From Gekko japonicus (lineage: Eukaryota), in NCBI RefSeq assembly GCF_001447785.1, contig NW_015169808.1:584403-641514 (forward strand): a DNA stretch of 57,112 nt. The letters are read 5' to 3'. This document shows positions 50,939-57,112 of this stretch, one piece after another. How positions within the stretch are numbered: position 1 is the first letter of the stretch; the number at the start of each line of letters is the position of its first letter. The notes under the pieces are model-generated. The model was not told the DNA's origin. It saw nothing but the letters and a program-made list of their open reading frames with translations, and searched no databases. Both the position numbers and the translations under genes were made by a program.

Positions 50939-51529
50939 GGAAATGCTATACAGTTAAATACATTTCAGCACTAGGGCTCAGTCCAGATGTAACGCCAAAT
51001 GAAGCATTGGTGCTATGTAGACAAATCACTGGCATACGTGCTTTTCTTCTCCTTTTCTAGTCTCCCATTCTCCCTGCCTTTCTGTTTCTTGGTAAGATAT
51101 CATTTGTCTGGATACAGAATTGTAAACTGTATCAAACCATATGTTGCCATTCTGGTATCCATGCAAACTCTGGTTTGTTAACAAACAAGGAGAACAAGAG
51201 AGAACTGTGGCACGGGGGTGGGGGAGAGCACGTACAAGGCAGAAGCTTGACATGACCTGCAACCTGAACTAATCACTGAGAAATTCCAGAACAGAGTTGA
51301 GTACTCTTAAACTTAATGAAGTGGGCTTAAGTGTGACTCTGTGCTAGAATGTGATCATCATGTGCTTTTCCCTTTCTCATTTACATCGTTAGTTGATAGC
51401 ACATTCCTCACAGTATGCCATCACCAATATTTTCTGGCTTATAGCAGTTCCTTGACTACAGACAGTATTTGGAAGGTGGAAATGGCTAGATAATCAGATC
51501 TGGTCGCTTCTTGATGCAGTAAATACACT

Positions 51530-53040
51530 GATGGAATCTGAACTGGTGGAGACTGATACTGAAAGAGATCTTGGTGGTGTTGTGAAAAGCCCAATGTTTG
51601 CGGCAGCAGTGAAGAAGGCAATCTCCATGCTGGGGATTATTCGGAAAGGAACTGAAAACAAAGCAGCTAATACTGTAAATGCCCTCTTATAGAGCTACAT
51701 ACAGTGCAGCCTCCTTTGGGATACGAAGTGTGGTTCTGGTTGCAGTATCTTAAAAAAGATACCACTGAGCTGGAAAAAATAGAGATGATGATTATTAAGG
51801 GTTTGACACATCTTTCCTGTGAGGAAGTCTAGAAGAAAAATTGTCTGATGGGGCCGTGAGGGAGGTTTATAAAACTATGAATGTGGTGGTCCATATGCAG
51901 CTATGTGCCTGGAGACAACCCAAAGGCAGTTAATTACTATGGCATGGACCATAACCTTTAGATGTGGCCCAAACAGTCTTGTGGTACACATGCTAACAGA
52001 ATCACATCTATTGACTTGGTTGATTAATATAGAGGGGGGAAATTCTATAATTGGCTTTAGTTTTGATTATTTGGTACTTCTGTCTGAGCAGAAGGCTTTT
52101 TCCTTACTCAAAAGACTCCTCAATATAGAGGTGCAAGATCTGAGAAGACTTGCGCACAGACATTGCTCTCCCTTGAGTATGGGACTCTCTTTCAGCCACA
52201 TTTCCTCAGGATATCTGGCAAGACTGATTCAGCCCCATCTTCGTAGGGCTTACATGCTAGCTTGGTTCGACGTCCTGCCCTCAGTTGTTTTATCGGGTGG
52301 GTTCAAGAAAATTCCTTATAAAGATAGATTGTGCCCATGTGGGATGGGGGAAATTGAATCTATTGGACATGTGCTTCTGTACTGTAAATTCCACTATGAC
52401 ATCTGTGTTGCTTATATTGAACCTGTGATGGACCCCCTTTTGGGCCAATCTGATGAGTATAAAATTATTTCTTTATTGTCTTCTCATAATATAGAAATTC
52501 TTGAACCTGTAGCAAATTTCTTTTATGAGGTATCTAGGAGGAGAGGCTCCTATTAAGGCAATTCGGAATGTGCCACACACACCCCGGCTATCCTGAGGAT
52601 CTATGCTGCATGTTGTATTTTATCTCTTATGCCAATAAAGGTATTGTATTTGTATTTGAATGTGGTGGACAAAGTAGGCAAAGTAGGCAGAGCTTTTTCT
52701 TCCTCTCTTGTAATACTAAAACTCAGTGGTACCCAATGAAGTGGATTAGCCACCGGTTTAGGAGAAACAAAAGGAACTACTACTGATAACCATTAGTGTA
52801 GATGGCTGTAAAAGGGGGGGTAGACCGATTCATGAAGGACAGGTGCTGCAATGGCTACTAGTCATGGTGAGTAAAGGGAACCCCCCCCCCATATCCAGAG
52901 GCAGCAAACCTCTCAATACCAACACTAGGAGGCAGCAACCGAGAGAGACCTTGGCCTCTGTGCCTTGTTTGCTGACCCTCGAGGGTAACTGGTTCGCTGT
53001 TGTGTGATACAAGATGCTGAACCAGATGGACCGCCATTCT
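51530..53040 (+). mobile_element. Old CR1 LINE 3' portion, split by a younger LINE
   Basis: ERDLG.., AAVKKA..MLGIIRKG.ENK remnants at 51550-51880; resumes after 52668 with CR1-like 3' sequence. Confidence 0.7.
51890..52656 (+). mobile_element. 5'-truncated LINE (RTE-X-like) with C-terminal CCHC knuckle
   Basis: ORF 51903..52556 DRLCPCGMGEIESIGHVLLYC; AATAAA + (GTATT)n tail; 12-bp TSD tgaatgtggtgg at 51878-51889 / 52657-52668. Confidence 0.75.
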
Positions 53041-54679
53041 GCTCCTGCGTGTTTTTTAAGACCATAACTTATTTCTATGCCATAAATCCCTGTAACCTCT
53101 GAAGCAAGTCTTTTTGGTTAAGCTGAGAATGTAGTACTTCATACCAGTGCTCAAACAGTACAGCCCTAATTCAACTAACCCAGAAGGTAAACTCTATATT
53201 TTCTCAGCACTTCAGTGCGTCTTCAGAACTGTTTCTGGTACTACAAAGTCCAATGAAAGGCATTTATGCTATGCTAACCTCTTCAAAAATATATCCAGCT
53301 CCTGGCAGGTGGGAAGCAGAGAATGGCATGAACGGCTGCCTCACTTTGCTCCCTGCACTGAGGACTGCACCACTGAGTGGCATTAGCACAGGATTTCTTC
53401 ATGAATCTTCTTTGACAGTTCTTGCTGTCCAAGATTTTATAGATTCTTGTATTTACTATAATCACTGAACATACAAAAATAAGACACAGATAAATGTAAA
53501 TAAGATTCACTTGTGGCCTCTATATTGATTGCCACTTTGATATGCTAATTTTCTAATTACTCCAAAGGACTTTTCTCTATCCCATTGTTTTAAATGAGCT
53601 TGTCATAATGTCCCTGCGTGCACATCAAATGGAAGCTTCTCCTCTGGTGAGGGAAAAGGATGAAAACCCTGACATCTGGCAATTCATGTAGAAATAACTG
53701 AATGTGTACTTCCAACTTACAAACGAGTAAATGAAATCTGTGCTTTTTACTGCTTGATTGACTGAAACAGAGCACCCCTTTTCACAGTGGATAGTGTCAA
53801 TTAGTCCTTGATATCATTTAAAAAAGACAAAGCTCTTCCACAAGGAATGTGGCTTTTCTAGTCCTCTGAAGCAACACGGTATATGCAAGGCTGTAATGAG
53901 CAATGCAGTTTTGCAATATATTTCAGAAGTAATAATTGTTCTTGTGCTTTCACACATAGTGGACACTAGATTGGTACACTAAAGTACCAGTCCCCAACTG
54001 GTACACTAAAGTACCAGTCCTCAACGTGATTACTATTAAGACCCTGGAATGCAACTGGAATTGCTTATAACCATGTATACATAGGCACAAAAGTTAACCG
54101 TCTCCTTGCCAAAAATAAAACCTACACTGAGCTGTGACTCACATCTCTGTTTACCTGCCACAGCGAAAACAGCTGAGATGGTTTCTAAAGTGGTATTGTC
54201 AAGTCAGAGTGAGTTGTGTGTGTGCTAGGTTACAAATAAGTGACAAGATCATGGCTTGCCCCCTGATGATTAACATCCATACCTCAGAAAGGATTCCAGA
54301 ATCTCTATGCCATGAAAGGGCAAACATTCAGCTCTGATCTTGCCAACATAATCCTATATTCTCCACTGTGTGATGAGGCACAGGCGTCATATCCTGATGT
54401 GTGGGATTGTTGAAAGAAGTAGGATGAGCACATTCCATGTAACCGGGGGTAACCAGGTAACTTCATAATAGCAGTCCCGGTTTTGGTGAGGTTCTCCACT
54501 GTAATACAGCCGGTGTTCCTCTTAAAGCCTAAGGAATTAAATCATTTGCAGTTCTGACTACACATCTTCATTGTTGTCACTGCTCCTCCTGACTTTTATT
54601 CAGATCTCATAGCTGTTGGCAATTTATTTCCAAAGGAAGAGCGAGTGTGGTTATTTATTCCTCCTCCTCGTGTCCTTCT

Positions 54680-54740
54680 TCATGAGCCACTCCTTTCAGT
54701 GTAAAGAAGCAAAACTTCAGCAAATCCACCAAGAAAAAGA
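54680..54740 (-). CDS. TMEM241: TMEM241 (SLC35D4) last coding exon, (C)LFLGGFAEVLLLYTERSGS*
   Basis: Minus-strand pyrimidine tract + AG at 54742-54741, TGA at 54682-54680; resembles the recalled human C-terminus CLLLGALGEALLVFSERKSS*; TMEM241 is the known convergent neighbour of CABLES1. Confidence 0.8.
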
Positions 54741-57088
54741 CTGTTAAGAGAACAGAAGTCTTATTTCAAAAAGATCCCAGACAAAAACACTCTTAGAGTT
54801 AAAGAATGCAAGAATTCCCAGATCTGCAAATATATCGTGTGAATAGATCAGACTAGGCCATTCCTTGAGAGAATGACTCCAGGAAGCTGGAAGAAAGACT
54901 GAATTAGCGCTAACAGGAAGTTTACAGAAAGGTAGTCTGGTGTCAAACTGGAAGCTACCCAGCCATCTTTCTCTATATTTTCCAATTATAATAGAATTGT
55001 GCAAAAGTTCCAAGGTCTTGCTAAGCAAAATCTTGAAGAGACCCTTTAATAGTAGGCAAATGTTTCTGGACTGCATGGATCACTTACTTCCTATGACCTA
55101 TTCATATAATAACAGTCTGTCAGACTGGTGTGGCACACACAATGGCCAGTGAAGAATGTACTGCAAGGGAACTTCCCTGACTCCTGGCTTCTCCTTCCCC
55201 AGTTATAGCCATGACATTTCCCCCTCTGTTCTAATCTCACAAGCAACACAAAAGAGGTCTGGCATGGGATTCCAAGAGTAGCCAAGTTCAGTGGCATCAA
55301 CTCTGATTTCAAAAAGACTTCCAACTCACACTTCAATCATCCTGGGCCAGGGCAGGTCATATCTTCAGCTTTTTCCTAACTTTGCATTTAAGAAGCATCA
55401 GGGAGAGGTGGGCTCGCCTCCATTTCCTTTACAATTAACTGTTCTGACCTTGCATTTAACGACAAGGCTTAGTTTATGAAACACCAAAGCGCCTTACAGA
55501 ATATTATGAATAGAACAAACGTTTGAAGACTTTACTGGTGCAAAAGGCATTTCTACATGGAAAACACGTAAAGCTGACAAAGCTGTCTGGATTTTAATAG
55601 CATTATACTCACTTATATTCTTAACTTCATTGAGCTGTCTTGTAAATCGTGCAGGTTTAATTGCAAATTCTTATGTAACAATATTAACAATATCCTATTT
55701 TATAATTATGTAGTTACGCACAGAAAACAGAGTGCACACACAGACACTATTTATGGAGGGGGCCTGAGGGAAGGGCAATTCCATTAGAATCACCCAATGC
55801 ACATTTACTTGAAGTTAATTCATACTAAAACAAGTGAGACTAACTTTCGCATTGCTCTAGGCTGCAGAGACACAGACGTCCAGTAGAAGTTTAAAATTAA
55901 CGATTAACTTACTTGGAATATTTGTTTAAAAAACCCTCACATTTCTTTTCTGAGGCAAGGGACACATAAACACACACATTTCAGCTCCTATTGCTCCTGA
56001 TCCACCTGTGTTAATTTCCCTTCCCATTCCTAGCCGTTCTACTGTCTGGAAGAGGGTGCAACAGAGGTATATTTTTTACTTCATTAGCTGTGCCCAGTCC
56101 ACGTTTGCCCTTCCACTGCATGGCTGTCTTTGTTCTGCCCTGCTGAATTGCATCAGCTAAACATCTCCTCCTCTCTGTGTTCACAGCAGGATGGCTTTTG
56201 CAGGCACTTAAAATATAACATGTTCAACCTGGGATATATGCTGCTGTGTAGAATGCAATTATGTAATTGTCACACTATTCTACTGAATGTATTTTTGTGG
56301 AATGACAATTGACTGATGTCAGTACATACATACTCCACTGTATGCCCAACTCATTTTACAAACCTTTTAATACAAGACTTGGGTCGCTATTTACTTTGAG
56401 GCCAGTTCAGTAATTCTTTGGCAATTTTGGATTCTCTCTTCAAAATTTAATTCATTTGTAACCCACCTTCCTCCCCAATGGGGACCCAACGTGCCTTACA
56501 TTGTTCTCCTTGTCTCAATTTTTATGGCCTTGTTATGCAGGGGCCTCATGGCAATATATATATATTTGACCCAAAAGCCCCAAAATTTGCCAACCAACTT
56601 CACAGCTGCTCCTGCTGGTGACATACTGAATCCTAGAGTTAATGCTGTGTAGTGGTTTGAACTTGATCAGGGACATCCAAGGTTCAGATTTCTCCTTCAG
56701 CTTCGAAGCTTACTGGGTGATACTGGATCCTGTTGAGCCAGCCTCTCTTTGTAATGTTTCCCACTCCCCTTCAATTGGATATATAAAGCAGCCTGAGAGA
56801 CATACTCCCCATGCTTGTGCTGGGATGAATTGTTAGTGCCACTAGACTCCTGTTTCATTCTGGGGAATACTGGGGCAGCAGTCAGTGTCTTTCAGCCTCT
56901 TTCTAGGATACTAGAACATTATGAAGATAGGATTACCCTGAGCTCTTTGGAGAATGACAACAATAAAAATGGAACAGATTAAAACTATACTAAAGAAATA
57001 ATCATGGTTTATGCACAAAACCAAAGTTCATAGTACAAATAGATTTTGCTCTGGACATCAGCACTCAGGGAGCAATTTGCCAGATGTC

Positions 57089-57112
57089 TTGTTGTTCAGT
57101 CGCACAGTCGAG
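57089..57112 (-). mobile_element. BovB 3' tail, running off the window
   Basis: ttgttgttcagtcgcacagtcgag, nearly identical to 16608-16630. Confidence 0.7.

Noticed and set aside
54800-57112. Penultimate TMEM241 exon
   Set aside because: I could not find a minus-strand segment with a matching peptide and splice sites; it probably lies beyond the window

Overview
Vertebrate (squamate, most likely gecko, judged from Sauria-SINE, BovB and tRNA-SINE content) draft-assembly DNA with five N gaps. The + strand carries nine coding exons (probably exons 2-10) of CABLES1 (7291-45488), all with GT-AG ends and consistent phases, and its 3' UTR. The - strand carries the last coding exon of the convergent neighbour TMEM241 (54680-54740). 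The introns are rich in transposons: L2, CR1, BovB, an RTE-X-like LINE, several SINE families and hAT MITEs. They also hold a near full-length but degenerate DIRS (tyrosine-recombinase) retrotransposon that retains its inverted termini and internal complementary region and carries three nested insertions, plus an ORF1-only L1-like ('half-L1') element with a clean TSD. I see no evidence of a prokaryote-style novel system. The strongest 'undescribed' candidates are the ORF1-only retroelement and a possible alternative CABLES1 terminal exon encoding a hydrophobic helix. Family names and orthology come from recall of motifs, not from database searches.
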